Shown piece by piece: positions 19,101 to 33,821 of a stretch of 64,000 nucleotides of DNA. A program made the position numbers and the translations under genes. This DNA is from Curvularia clavata (lineage: Eukaryota), in the NCBI GenBank assembly GCA_023920165.1, contig CP089278.1, positions 1,984,001 to 2,048,000 on the forward strand, given 5' to 3'. Below the pieces are notes generated by a model. It had not been told where the DNA came from. It did not search any database and worked only from the letters and a program-made list of their open reading frames with translations. Position 1 is the first letter of the stretch. Each line of letters starts with the position of its first letter.

Positions 19101-22100
19101 CTAGGCTAACAGACTATAAAGCTAGAGAAAAGGAGAAGAGTATAACTCTAGAAATCTCTAAATAATATAGAGACCTAAAATATTTATTTTAAAAAATAGT
19201 AGACGAATAAGTATTACTAAAGTATTAACTCTAGAACTATAGAATTATGATCTAGAAAGAAAAGAAACTATCTTTCGGCTATATATATTAACTAATAGAA
19301 TAAGAACTTAAAGTACTATAAGAGTACTTAGATAAAGTCTAAAAGAAAAGGTATATATAAAAATTAGAATTACTAGCTAGAGTACTAATTATATTTATAC
19401 TAAAGAAAGATAGATTAGATCGACTATATATTAACTACTAAGAGCTTAATAATATTACTATTAAAAACTAATATCTACTACCAAATATTATAGAACTAAG
19501 AGATTAACTAATATAAGTAAAGATTTTCATAGCATTAGATCTATAAGATAGCTACTATCTTATTAGAATTATAGAAGGCGAAAAATAGAAAATAGCTTTT
19601 AGAATATAATACAGGCATTTTATATATATAGTTATACTATTTAGACTTATAAACGCCCTAACTATATTCTAGAAACTTATTAATAACGTACTTAAGCCCT
19701 ATCTAAATATATTTATTATTATATATCTAGATAATATTTTAGTCTACTCTAAGAATAAGAAATAATATACTAAATACGTCTATAAGGTGCTAACCGCCCT
19801 AGACGAGTATAGTCTTAGATTTAAATCTTAGAAGTGTAAATTCTATAAGATTTAGGTCGACTTCTTAGACTATACTATAGGAAAATAAGGAGTACAGATA
19901 AGTAAAGAAAAGATTAAAGTTATTATAGAATAGCTAGAACTAACAAATCTTAAAGAAGTATAATTCTTATTTAGATTTATAAACTTTAATAGAGTATTTA
20001 TGAAAGACTTCTCTAAAATCGCAGCCCCACTTATATAGCTATTAAAGAAGTTAGTACTAGACTACTTTATCTTAGGCTACAAAGGAGGTATTATATTTAA
20101 TATACTTAAAGAAGTATATATAAAAGCACTATGTTTTAGAATATTCGAACTAAATAAACTACTACAAATTAAGATAGATACATTAGACCTAGTTCTAGAA
20201 AAATACGCATACTAACTATATAAAGATAAATAGCATCTAATTGCGTACTACTTAAGAAAATTTTTAAGATCTGAAGAGCGGTATAATATATACGACAAAG
20301 AACTACTAGCTATAGTAGCCTATATACAATACTAGAGAGTCTACATATATAGCTGCTTAGAACTTACTATATATACGGATTATAAGAACTTGACCCACTT
20401 TACCACTACTAAGGTTCTTAACCGCCAATAAATTTAATAGGCTAAGCTATTTAGGTAATATAAGTTTAAGATCGTATACACACTAGGAAAAGATAACAGT
20501 AGAGTAGACGCTCTTAGTAGAAGACTAGATATCGTAGAAATAAAAACTATTATAGACTGACTAATACTTTAGATAAATAAAGACGGAATATTAAGTCTAG
20601 TATATAAGCTTAACTTACTTATAATAATTAGAAACAATATATCTAAAGACTAGTAGGAAGTAATTATTTAGTAATATTACGACAACCTTATACACAGGTA
20701 CTCTAAAATCGCTAGAATAATAGAACTAATTTAAAAAAACTTTAAATTTAGTAAAATAAAAGAAAAAGTTATAACTTTTATCGCTAAATATAAACTCTAT
20801 TAGAAGAATAAGCACGGCATATATACAATATACGGAGAAATGTAAGCACTAGAACTACTAAGTACCTTTTAGATAGACATCTCTATAGACTTCGTTATAG
20901 AATTACCACTATTAACAGATCCCATTACTAGAATAACCTACGACGCGATATTAGTTATTATTGATAGATTTATAAAATATACGGAATATATACTATTTAG
21001 AAAAGACTATACGATAGTGTAATTAGTATACGTTATTCTCAATAGAATTATTAAATACTATAGAATACTAAAAATAATTATTAGCGATAGAGACAAGCTC
21101 TTTATATTAAATTTCTAGACCACACTTATAGTAGAAATAGGTACTAAGCGAAAATTATCTAAAGTATACTATCTAGAAACTAATAGGCAATTGGAAAGAA
21201 CAAATCGTATAATAAAAATATATTTATGAATCTATACTAATTATTAGTAAAATAATTAGGTATAACTACTATCTATAATATAACTAGTATATAATAATAA
21301 GCTATTAGAATTAATGAAATAAACACCGTTTTATACGAACTATGGAAAACATCTAAATCTTTTTACTAGAATACTACCAAGTTTAAAAATAGAAGCAGCT
21401 ATTACTACAGCTGAAGAAATAAAGAAAATACACAAAGAACTATAAGAATTACTTAAAAAGGCTTAACGCTAAAGTATCTTATATATTAATTAGAAAAGAA
21501 AAATAATATTTTAGCTAAAGAAGAGAGATAAAGTATATCTACTTATAAAGAACTTTCGCACAACACAACTAAGTAAGAGATTAGATAATATCTATATTAG
21601 GCTATTTTTAATTAAAGTCTAAAACGGACTAGTTATATATATACTCGATCTACTACTAGATATAAAAATATATCTAAAGTTTTACATTAAACTATTAAAA
21701 CCCACTAATCTAGAAACGCTATTATAAAAAATATTCTATTTCGAGCTAGAAGAAGAAGACGAATTCGAAGTCGAGAAAATTCTAGCGCATTAAACCACGC
21801 GCAAAGGAACTAAGTATCTAGTTAAATAGTTAGAGTACAACTATAGCGAAAATATCTAGGAATATAAGACGAACTTTAAGAACTACCTATAGCGTGTTCT
21901 CTAATACTAACGCTAGCAATAGAGAAATTAATAAAATCCATTGCAGACTATATAGTAGGAGAAAAGATAATACTAATAGAAGCTATAAGATAATTAAGCT
22001 AATCTATAGATATAGCTTTATCTTTCTTCTCTATTTCTAAAGTAAGATATAAGGCTTTGCGACGAGCATATTCCTCTATCTATTAAAGAATTTTCTTATT

Positions 22101-23082
22101 ATATAAGAGACGCGTAATTACCTATACTAATAATTTTTATCTTTATCTACCTTCTTCTAATACTTCTTACAAGTCCTATTAAAAGACTTTTATAATATAT
22201 TTATATATATATAACTAAGCTAAGTGTATTTAGTGTATTTTAATTGAGAATCTAGTATAATGTAATAATCGAGACCCTATAAGAAGTAATGAATATAAAA
22301 GATTATAGCAAGAGTATTAGCTTTTTAGATTTTAGAATCTAAACGATAATAATATTCTATTAAAGACGATATTGCAATTGCCACCTTATAAGGATGCGGG
22401 GCAAGCTAATTATATAAGCATTAGCTCTCTATATTACGTAGATAATACGCCAGAATAACAAACCTACCTAATATACTACCGCCTACTATAAGATACGCCT
22501 AGGCGCTTAACTACGAAGAGAAAGACAAATAAGAGTCCAACACTCACAACAACTAGACGAATTAAGACTTGAGGGCAAGTCTATAGAAAGAGGGAATAGT
22601 ATTATAATCTAGAAACTAGTATATATATAATACATCTTAATAATACTAAAAATAATTACGTCTAGTAATAGTTATTAGTTTAGAGAATCTAACTTAAAAC
22701 GCCGTGCCGCAATCCTTCTACCGTGCCGCAGTCACGTGACCGCTTAGTAATAAGTAAGCGCTTAGCACTAAGCAGGATCTATAGTACTTAGTACTAAGTA
22801 CGGATAGCTAATTATAATTAAGAGATAGACTAATTAGCAGTACTTAGTATTAAGTAATAGAGTGTTTAGTAATAAGTAAGCTACACTTCTTAGTATATAG
22901 CAATAGATATTAAACTTTTATAGCTTAATATATTTAACTTAAGTTACGAGTATAAGTATGATATATAAGTTACTTATAGAACTATTCATAATATACTATT
23001 ACTTTATCCGCGAAAACTAACCTAAGAAGATCTTGACACCAGAAGTCTTATATTACTTCCACTCGAGATCATACTCTTAACA
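16102..23082 (+). mobile_element. Full-length RIP-inactivated chromovirus, family B
   Basis: 483-bp LTRs at 16102-16584 and 22600-23082; TSD AATAG; relics of RT (YLDNIL, ~19725), RNase H, integrase and chromodomain (EFEVEKIL, ~21761). Confidence 0.93.
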
Positions 23083-23482
23083 AATAGGTAGTCTCTATTA
23101 CTCTCTCTTTAGACGCCCGGCCTGCTCTCTATAAGCTGCTTTTAAGTAAAGTTACTATAGAGCTATAGAAGTGGCTTTTTAAATAGCTTAACTTTCTAGA
23201 TATAACTATACCTAATAATAATAACTATATTCTATGCTATATATACTAGATAGATATAATATAGCTGTAACAGTCGCGAGACTAGGAAATTGCGCTTATT
23301 AATAGGCAAGATGCATTAAGAATTTACGACTTTAGCTACTAGTTGATTAAGAAGAATACGGCAAGGCTGCCTATTCTAGACGTTTAGTTATAGCTAGGAT
23401 ATAACACTTATAAGATTAGGAAGGCTATCGCAGATAGATATATAGATATAGAAGTAGCGTTATAGTATCTAAAAAGCGTGGC

Positions 23483-23900
23483 TAGAGTGGTATTTGGGTC
23501 AGGGGCACCCACCATGGGTCAGGGGTAGGGTCAGGGCCAGCCCCGCCCTGACCTCGGTCTTGGCAGCCCCAGCCCTGCCAAGACCTGGGCTGGGGTTGGG
23601 CTAGCCCAAGTCTTGGCAGGGCTAGGGTTGGGCCTAGGGCTGCCAAGACCGGGGTTGGGCTGGCCCACCTTAAAGTATCCTTATTTTTTCCTAGTAAATA
23701 CTCAAAAAAATAAGAATATCTTGAGGTGGGCCAGCCCAACCCCGGTCTTGGCAGCCCTAGCCCTGACCTAGTCTAGCTATAGTGGCTGCTAAGACTAGCC
23801 CCGCCCAGCCCCGACTCTAGTCTTAGTAGGGCTAGGGTTGGGCTGGGTTGGTTTACATAAGACCCAACCCCGCCCTGACCCCGACCCAAATACCACCCTA
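23483..23900. mobile_element. hAT-type MITE (418 bp), GC-rich, with an internal palindrome
   Basis: TIR TAG(A/G)GTGGTATTTGGGTC; 8-bp TSD AGCGTGGC (23475-23482, 23901-23908); many GGGCTGGG/CCCAGCCC repeats. Confidence 0.92.
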
Positions 23901-24458
23901 AGCGTGGCTTAGATAGATACAATACTCTATTTTATCTAGTTAAGATTATGCTGGTTGGATAACAACATAGACACGGATGTGGAGGTAGATATAGACAGCG
24001 ATGGTGACGATGATAGTAACGTGGATAGGGACGGCGATATAGAGATGGAGGATGTTGAGATGGTGGATGTAAGGGAGAGGTTGGACGATATGCTGATGTA
24101 GCGTTGCGGAGGCTGGGTCTAAACTATATTTGTTAAGTTTGATTTAAATATAAAAAATGAAACCCAAAGTGTTTTTTAACATATTTTATAAAAGGCCGAA
24201 GCCGGAATAGAGTATTATATCTATATAAGTTATACTTCTTAGATACTATAATACTATCTTTATATTTACATATATATTTATCTATAACAGTTTTTCTAAT
24301 TTTATAAATATTATATTCTAGCTATAACTAAATATCTAGAGTAGATAGCTTTACTATATTTTTATTAATTAACTAGTAGCTAAAGTTATAAATTATTAAT
24401 ATGTTTTTCTTACTAATAAGTGCAATCCTCTAGCTTTATAACTATTATAACTATATTA

Positions 24459-27400
24459 TGTTGTAGATAAGCTACTCAGCTACTCTACGACAGAATCCGG
24501 GTGCTCAGTCACACCCAGATTCTACAATTAACTGAATCTATAGTCGATCTATCAAGACTATAATCGATCTATAGACATCTGTGTAACCATGCATAGACCA
24601 AAACATACCCCAGCCAGGGCAGCTTATCAAGATCCAATTGAGAGCCGGGTTAGACCCAAGGAAGACCCGCACCCAGGTATAAGTACCAGGTACCTTCTAT
24701 AGATATTTAGTAGATTTTTAATATCTTTTTGTACCAGATCTATAAGTGTCTACTAAATCTAAAGTGTTTCTACTATCCCACGCACTTCTATATACATTTA
24801 AGTGACACTTTCTACTAGAACTGATTCAACTAGTCTTGCTCGCGCCGTTATATTATATTAAAAATCTCGTCCTAGCTAGTAATAGCTTTTAAAATAATAT
24901 CGCAGCTTATTTATTAAAACTACGTCTAAATCTAAGTCTCTCTAGAACCACTTTAGATACTTTACACTATTACATTCTATATTTATATATAGGTAGGATC
25001 CCTTTAATCTTCTACTAACTAAAGCTTTTAGATTTAGACCTCCTATACTAATTATAGTTAGATTAACTTTAGAGAAATCGCGTAGATTACACTAGAGTAG
25101 AGACTTAAAAACTACTAAAAACCTATTAGCTATAAAGATAACTATTAATAGCTAACCTAATCTCATCTAACTTAGAAGAGCTTTCTAGAAAGTTGCCGCG
25201 CTTCTAAGATTTAAAGTTAAGAGAGAAGATGCCTAGCAAACCGCTAGCCGTTAAAGAAGAAGAGAATTTAGAAGATAATAAGACTAGCCTCCTTTAGATA
25301 GAGATTAATAGGCTAAATAAATAAATTATATAGCTATTCTACTAAAATACTATAGCTCTAAATTAATCTCTTCCCTCTACTAAATTACTACTAACTATCG
25401 CTAAACTAACTAAAACTTAATTTAGAAAATATTAGTTAGTAACTCTAGACCTACTATATATTAAACTTATAGAATATACTCTTTCTATTAATAACTTTAG
25501 TAATAGAATAGAATCTATGTTCCGCTAATAGTAAGCGTTAATAGAGGACCGCTTAATAATTAATATAAACTATTATTAGAGTAAACGCATATATATAGCT
25601 CTAGTCTAGGGATATACTATAGGTATTACTAAGAGATACCTAGAACTATAGTATCTAGCCGATTTAGTAGAGGACCAGTTGTAAAACGCTAAAAATATAA
25701 TAGCTACTCTAAAATTATACTTCGTATCTAGTAATAAGTAAATAGAAAGCTACGCTACTTTCTACTACTTACTTATAGATAAAAAGAAAATTTTTACTAA
25801 ATTTAAAGTAAAATTCATAAGTACTACTATTAAAAGATCTATATTAAAGTTAGAGTGGTTTTTCTACTTATAGGAAAAGATTACCCCCACCTTACGTATT
25901 CTAAACTTAGAATTTAAATACTAGTAAAATAACTCCTTTAATAAAATAATATAATATTTTACTATTTTTAATACTAAGTGAAAGAATACTCTTTTTAGAT
26001 ATAGTTTAGAATCTATTTCTAATAATTCTTATACTCTACTAATAAAGCTCTATATTAATTAATACTAAAACTACTACCTAAATACTTATAGAGTCTAATC
26101 TAAACTAACTCTAACCTAATCTTATACTTATTCTAATACTTCTAGATTCTCTTTAAAAATCTTTATACTAGATAGTAAACTAACTACTAGTAATTACTAT
26201 AACTATAGAAAATCTAGATATTATACGAATAAGTGCCTTATTTCTTAAATTTAAGAAATTAAAGTAGAGAAAGAAGAAGTTAAAGAAGTATATAAATACT
26301 TATTAGAGAAGGACTAGATAGAAAACTACTAGATTTAGAAAAACTCTCTACTCTAGATATAAATAAGTATAATCTAGCTAAAATTAATTTATTCTACTTA
26401 TTTAGAGAAAAATACTTTCTAGTACCTACTATTCTTTATTTAAAAGAGTTTAGTATTAGCTTATACTCTTTAGTTAATACTAGAGTCTAAAGCTTTTTAT
26501 TTTTAAATTCTACTATTACTTATACTCTCTCTAGCTCCCTTTAGATCTCTATCTAAAGACTTCCTTTTAAGATTATAGTTAAAAGATTTTAGAACTAAAT
26601 CTAAACTAGAGTAGATAAATATATTTAGTTATATATCTAAATTAATAGAAGAAAGATTTATAACTATCTCTTTATAATTATAAATTTAGAGATATAGAAC
26701 TATATAATTAGAATTAAGTAGTTAAGATATTTCTAGTTTAGGCTTAATACAAGCTAGAACCAGATTATATAGCTAGCTAAGTACCCTCTAATATATAATC
26801 CTACGCTATCTATCTTTATATAATTAAAATAATCTTCTATTAATATTAATATAGAACGGGATATACAGAGGCGAGACGTACTATAGAAAAAAAATAACTA
26901 CTATAGATAAAATAGTCTTTACAAAGCTCTTATACAAAGAATTAGAGAATATCTTAAACTTCCTAAAGTTCGTCTACCACTATCTATTCCTAACCCTACT
27001 CTAGACCCTATCCAACTAATATCTTTACCCTATATTACCATTATTTTAGTAAATACTTTCTATTATTCTATAAAGTATAAAGAAAATAAGTTCTTTATAA
27101 TAAATATCTATAAAATTAATTATATTTTAGAAGAGCGTATAAAACTAGATAATCTTAAAAATGCTAAACTTATTTAGGACTAACTTCTATCTGCTTACTA
27201 TTTATACCGCGATATCTTTAATAAGATAGTAGTAGAGCTACTATCTAAATATCGCCTATATAATTATAAGATTATACTAACTAAATCTTTTCTAAATTAA
27301 TTTAGTCCTCTATATAAGTAGAGTACTAAAAAACTCAAAACTACTAAAATATTTATAATAGAAAATCTTAGAAAAAGATATATTAACCTAAGCTACTATC

Positions 27401-30400
27401 TCTTCACTTTTCTAGTTCTTTATATTTAAAAGCTAAATAGAGATATTCGTATCTATATAGATTACCGCCAACTTAACGTAATTACTAGAAAAGATATATA
27501 TCTAATACTATATATTAATAAGCTTCTAGCCCACACCTATAAGACGAAAATCTTCACCAAGCTCAATATACATGCGGCATTTGATAAGATCCGAATATAC
27601 CCCGACTTAGAGGAGTATACCACATTCCACACTAGATATAGAATCTATAAGTCTAAAGTATTACTTTTTAAATTATATAACGGCCCTATAATATATTAAC
27701 GCTATATAAATAATATATTAATTGATTATCTAGATAGCTTCTATATAGTCTATCTAGACGACATTTTAATCTACTCTAAATTAGAACTAGACCACCCCCG
27801 CCATGTACAATAGGTCTTAGAAAGGCTTAGGTAAGCTAGTCTCTAAATTAATATTAAGAAAAACGAATTCTATATTATTTAGACTAAATATCTAAGATAT
27901 ATTTTAACTAACTAAAGCCTAGAGATAGACTCTAATAAAGTAGAAACCCTTTAAGATTAGGTCTGACCTACTACTATTACTAGTATGAAATTATTTCTAG
28001 AGTTTATTAGATTCTATAGATAGTTCGTTCTTAAATACTTATAAATTATAAAATCTTTTCTCGCCTTCTAGAGCCCTTTAAAACTATTTATATAGAATTT
28101 AGAGTATAACTAAGCTTTTAAAAGATTAAAATCTATACTACTAGCAATTTCTACTTTATACTACTACTATCTAGAGTATAATACTAAAATAGAGACTAAC
28201 GCGTCTAATAGCGTTATAATAGGCGTTCTTTTCTAAAAGTAGCTAAATAGAAATTGGTATCCTATAGTATTCTTTAGTAAGGTCCTATCTAGATCTAAGC
28301 TAAACTAGAAAATATATAATAAAGAACTATTTACTATTATAATAGCGTTTAGCAAGTGGGAATCTAAACTACTATTAGGACGTTCTTATATTAACGTGTA
28401 CTTAGACTACTATTCTTTTAAATACTTTATAACTACTAAAGTTCTAAATACCCGCTAGATATAATAGATAGAAGAGTTAGCATCTTTTAATTTCTATATC
28501 TAATATATCTCTAGAAAAGATAATACTTATACTAATATTCTCTTCTAATAGAGGTAAGATATAGGGAATTTAAAAATAGTCTAAATTAATAACTATTCGC
28601 GGGTCTTCTTAAGACTATACTAACTTAATAACTAAATTAACTCTAAACTTACTAAGACCTATATAGTCTAACTCTAAGTAGAATTTTTTCTCTTACTTAT
28701 AGTTAAGTCTATATTAGAGCTAATATCTCTTAATTTACTAGAGCTAATTAAGTCTATTCTATAAGAGAACTAAGTCTTATTTAAGATAGAGCGAAGATCT
28801 TTTCTAGATAGATACTAGATTAAAAATAAACTTCTACTCTATTCTAACTATCTATATATTCCTTCTATCTCTACTTTTATAACTCGCCTTATTTAGGAAG
28901 TATATAACTAGATATTCTTAGCGCACTCTAGTGCGAAGAAGACCTACTAACTACTATTCTAGAAGTACTACTAGAAGGGTATAGAATCTATTTATAAAAG
29001 GTATATATAGAATTATATAGTCTATAGAAAAGCTTATTCTAGATAGACCCAAATTCTAGAGATAATTTATCTTTTACTAATTTCTAACTAGCTAATATAG
29101 TATCTATATATTAACTTTAAGAAATTTCTCTAAAACTAATCTTATTATAATATCATTATAGTCGTGATTAACTAGTTATTTAAATAGACTATCTCTATCT
29201 TCTACTATAAAACTATTAATATAAGAGAAATAGCTAATCTATTTATTTAATAGATATACTAATTTAGCTATATACCTAAAACTATAGTTTCTAACTAAGG
29301 ACTATAGTTTATTTTAAGCTTTTAGTTGGAATTCTACCAAATTCTAGACGTTAAGGTTAAGCTATTAACCACCTACTATAAAGAAATAGATAGTTAGATA
29401 GAGATTATAAATAAATATATTAATTATAGATTACGTCTTTTTATATTCTACTACTAAGATAACTAGAGTAGACTTCTACTTTTAATTGATTATATTTAAA
29501 TTTCTCTACTATATTCTTCTATTAGTATATCTCTATACTATATCTTATATAGTTTTAAACCCTAGTAGAGTTAGGACTAGAAATATTCTACTAGCTCTCT
29601 CACCTCTACTAATAAACTTAACTATAAGAATGTATTAGAAATGGCTATCTATATGCACGACGTATAGAAGGTGGTTAAGAAATAAATAGAGAAAGTCTAG
29701 AATAGAATATAAACTATAGTTAACTACTATTACTATTCTATTAATTAGAATATTAGAGATATAGTCTTTCTAAGTATCTAAAATCTTATATTAGACTATC
29801 TAAGTAGAAAGCTATCTTCTAAATAGAAGAGGCTCTTTAAGATACTTAAAAAAGTAGAATATTTATACTACTTAGACCTTTTAAAAGAGTCCTAGATTTA
29901 TAATATCTTCGCTTTAGATCTATTATATAAAAATTTTTAAGACCTTCTTCTAGAATAAGAATCTCTAAAGTCTTTAGCAACTTCTATCTAAGATATAGAA
30001 GAATAGAAAATAGAAGAAATTCTAGTAAGTAAGTTATACTACTTAAATCTAAAATACTAAGTATAGTAGATTAGATATAATCTAGATTCTATTTAGTATC
30101 TAGCTTTAAACTTTATAAAAGCTCTATATAAGCTTAAAATTTTTTATAAATAATATTCTACTAAACTAGAATCTCTATATTTTTTTAGTAAGTAGATTAT
30201 AGTATAGAAATAAAGTATAGAGAATATAACTTTACTATAGAATAATAAAATTTAAAGAAAAGAAAAAATAGAAATTTTATTAAATATTAGTAATAAAGAA
30301 AATTTAGATCTAAACTCTATAACTACTAATAAACTTCTAAAATATTATCTTATTTAAAGTTTAATATTAGAGCGCTTTTACTCAGCATTAGCCATTTTCT

Positions 30401-32014
30401 AGCTGACCGCACCCTTATCCTCTTTAGAGAAGGAGGACAAACTAGACTATTCCTCTAACTCCTTAATCTAAAGGCTGATCTAGATACTACCCTAAGCTAA
30501 CCTAGCCTTAAGACGTAAAAGATATCTTTCTATACTATTAACTATATTAACTAACTCTAAGATACTATTTTAGATATTCTTTAAGACCTAGTTCTAGACA
30601 ATAAGAAACTAATTAACTAAAAGTTTCTTCTTCTAGAATCTAATAACTTAGACTTTATAGACAATATCTAAAGTAGTAGTAGCAATTTAATTAAGTAATA
30701 TTTCTATATTAGTATTAAATATAGGGCTATACTAAATAATAGTATATAATTTAATAGTATTAATTAAATTATAAAACTTCTTAAAAACGTACTTAGAAAT
30801 CTATTTAGATTAGCTAAACTATAAATAGTAAAAGAAAAGAGAAGTAAACTTATAGAATTGTACTTCTTTTTCTACTAGATATAATAAAAATACTTTTTAG
30901 AAGAATTAGATAGATAGACGTAAGCAATATTAAACTAATAGCGCGCTAAGGCGCGGACAGCTTGTAGATAGATAAAGTAATATATATTTAGTAGCGCACT
31001 AGATAGATAATAAAAAGGTATAGCAAAAATAAGTATATTAAGTTATAACTAACTTATTTTAATTAAAAAGCGTAGAGAAGAAAATTTAGCAGTAATACTA
31101 AATTATTATTAATATATATACTAGAGGAGTAAATAGTTTTAATATATATAATCTAGATAGCTGTTAGACCCTAACTATAAATAAATCGCCAGCAACTTAG
31201 AGCTCTGATCGAAGCGTCTAGGCCTGTCTAGCAGGTGAAAGCAAACAGCCTAGCGGCTAGATAGTAAAGTAGTAGCGTTACATAAGTACTAGAATAGTTA
31301 CTAAGGCTTAGATATAGAAGCTTAAGTAAAGGATATATATAGCTATAGAAGCTATACTAGAACTAGAGTATCCTATTATCTAGAGTAGCGTAGTATAGGG
31401 AAAATCTAGAGAAAATTAGGAATAAAAGACCCTATAGTATAGGGAAGAAGAATAATAACTAGAATAGATAGCTATAGGACTAGCTATCTACTAGAAGAGG
31501 AGATAATATAACTATATATAGACTAAAATATACCCTAGCTAGAGCAGCTTGTTAAAATCTAATTAGAAGCTAGATTAGACTTAATAAAGACCTATATCTA
31601 GATATAAGTACTAGGTACCTTCTATAGATGTTCGGTAGATTTTTAATATCCTTTCGTACCAGACCTATGAGTGTCTACCGAATCTAAGGTGTTTCTGCTG
31701 TCCCACGCACTTCCATATGCATTTGAGTGACACTTCCCACCGGAACCGATTCGACAAGTCTTGCTCGCGCCGTTACAATCTGTCTATGACGCTAAAGATT
31801 ACACAAGCTACTACTAGATAGATTCTTCTAGAATCTACTCTAGCCAATATATATAGTAGTAGAATAGCTAGTAGATAGAAACCAGAGCAGTTTATATAAA
31901 GTCAATTGTATCTATCAACTCTCTCCCCTAGCATATACTACTTACTTGAGTCTTTAATCAAGCTACCTCTGAGTCTACTACTAGTAGAACAAGTAGCTAC
32001 CCCACACTTTAACA
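24459..32014. mobile_element. Solo LTR of a fourth family (D, ~355 bp, possibly Copia), split by the family C element
   Basis: TGTT at 24459 and AACA at 32011-32014; TSD TATTA (24454-24458, 32015-32019); the flanks rejoin as a contiguous minus-strand family X copy. Confidence 0.8.
24582..31777 (+). mobile_element. Full-length RIP-inactivated chromovirus, family C
   Basis: 271-bp LTRs at 24582-24852 and 31507-31777; TSD ATCTG; relic zinc knuckle (~26195), YLDDIL (~27750), RNase H, integrase and chromodomain (~30000). Confidence 0.93.
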
Positions 32015-33430
32015 TATTATATCTATCTAGTATATATAGTATAGAATATAGTTGTTATTATTAGATATAATTATATTAAGAAAGTTAAGCGATTTAAAAA
32101 GCTATATTTATAGCTCTATAGTAACTTTTTTTAAAAATATTTTATAGAGACTAGGCTAGACGTCTAAAACGAGATTAATAAAAACTATCTATTCTCTAGA
32201 GAGATTATATATAGTTTAAATTTCAAAAGGACTAAAAAAAGAGATAGAATAAGCTGAGTATATAATACTATTAAATAAATTTTACTAAACTAGAGATTAA
32301 GTTTATTTAAGTAAAAAAGTAAACATTTATAGATAGTATATACTAGTCTAATACTATATATTTTTATTATAACTATTGTTTAGCAACTTTAAAACTTTCT
32401 TTACTTATTATTAGCTATAGAATAGAATTCTATCTATTAGAGTAATTATTATTATTTTAATTTGAGTAATTCTTATTATGTTAATTTAGATCTATACTAT
32501 ATTTTAAATTCAATATATAAAGTTAAAAATACTAGAGTCTAAAATATAGAAGTTCAAAGCTCTACATTTGAATTCCTCTTTATACATAGTCTTTTTCTTG
32601 ATTTTTTAATTTTAGTAAACTAAAAGGCGGTCTACCTTTATTTTAAAAATACTTTTTAATACTAGCCAATCGCTATAGGCGAGCTAGTTATAAGAAATAA
32701 AAATAGACATTAATATATCTAGTTTTTTAACTTACTGAATAATATTAAATTAAAGCTAAAGAATTACTTTGATTGCTAAAAGTTGATTAGGAACTAGCTA
32801 AATATTATAAAAACTATAACTAAAAGGGAGAACAAAACTAATAAAATACTTTTTAAAACTAAAAATTATTATAGATGTTTATCAAACTATAAAATTACCT
32901 TAGATTTAAAATAGTAGCTTATAAATAATAACATATAGATACTATCTATATTTTAGTATACTTAACTAATTATAGACTAGAATACTAGTTATTAGAAATA
33001 ATACTATAGATATAACTATTATAATTAGTTTTTTAAATACTTATTTTACTGTACTATTAAAAAATATTCTAGGTGTAGTTTTGAACGATACCCATAAAGA
33101 CTATATACTAGTTAGTAATTTTAAAGACTATCTTGACTTCTATTATAGAATAGTAGACTATTAAAATCTAACTAAAGCTCTCTATACAAAATACGTTTAA
33201 GCTTTAGTTGAAAAAAATCTAATATAGAAAAAAAATCTATATTTTGAAAAAGAAAGATATTTTTAAATATACTATCTATAGATAATAGAAAAAAAAAATT
33301 CTAATTTATCTAGCTAATAGTAAGTAAATCAAGACATCTATTTCTAATTTATTGATTTTATTTAGAGTATCTTAGCTATACTTATGATATTTATTTCTAT
33401 TTTTATTTCTTATAATTAGCCCGTCTATAG

Positions 33431-33821
33431 TAGACTGGTAAACGGGTATTGACCCACTTTTCTTCTTTCATCAATATCTCATCAAAGACTAGTCCAAATC
33501 GAGTAATTCTGACGTCATTTCAATGCCCTAAGCTAGCGCATTTTATCATGTAAAATAAAGCTAAGCCGTATCTAGCTTAGTTTAAAAGTTATTTAATAGC
33601 CTATTTGTGAGCCCTAGGGCTAGATTATGAGTCGGGTATACCCCTATTTTTACTCCTTTTTTAGCTCTAGTACTAGTACTATTAGTATTAAGCTAAAATA
33701 ATATATTAGTAATATTTAGACTAGAGTGCTAGCTCTCTAATGACGTTAGAATTACTTAATTTAGACTAGTATTGGCCAAGATAATCGATAGCCCTAGCTA
33801 AATACCCGATTTACCAGTCTA
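33431..33821. mobile_element. hAT MITE (391 bp), copy 1
   Basis: TIR TAGACTGGTAAA / TTTACCAGTCTA; 8-bp TSD GTCTATAG; same termini as the hAT element at 51218-57658. Confidence 0.93.

Larger units (their letters stand above)
16027..24101 (+). pseudogene. Best-preserved family X gene (~220 codons), split by the family B element and a MITE
   Basis: Segments 16027-16101 + 23088-23482 + 23909-24101 join in one frame after removing the insertions and one TSD copy each. Stops are only TAA/TAG. It ends DIDSDGDDDSNVDRDGDIEMEDVEMVDVRERLDDMLM*. Confidence 0.65.

Noticed and set aside
23482..23739. 85-aa ORF across the GC-rich MITE
   Set aside because: Derived from repeat and palindrome sequence within a non-coding MITE.
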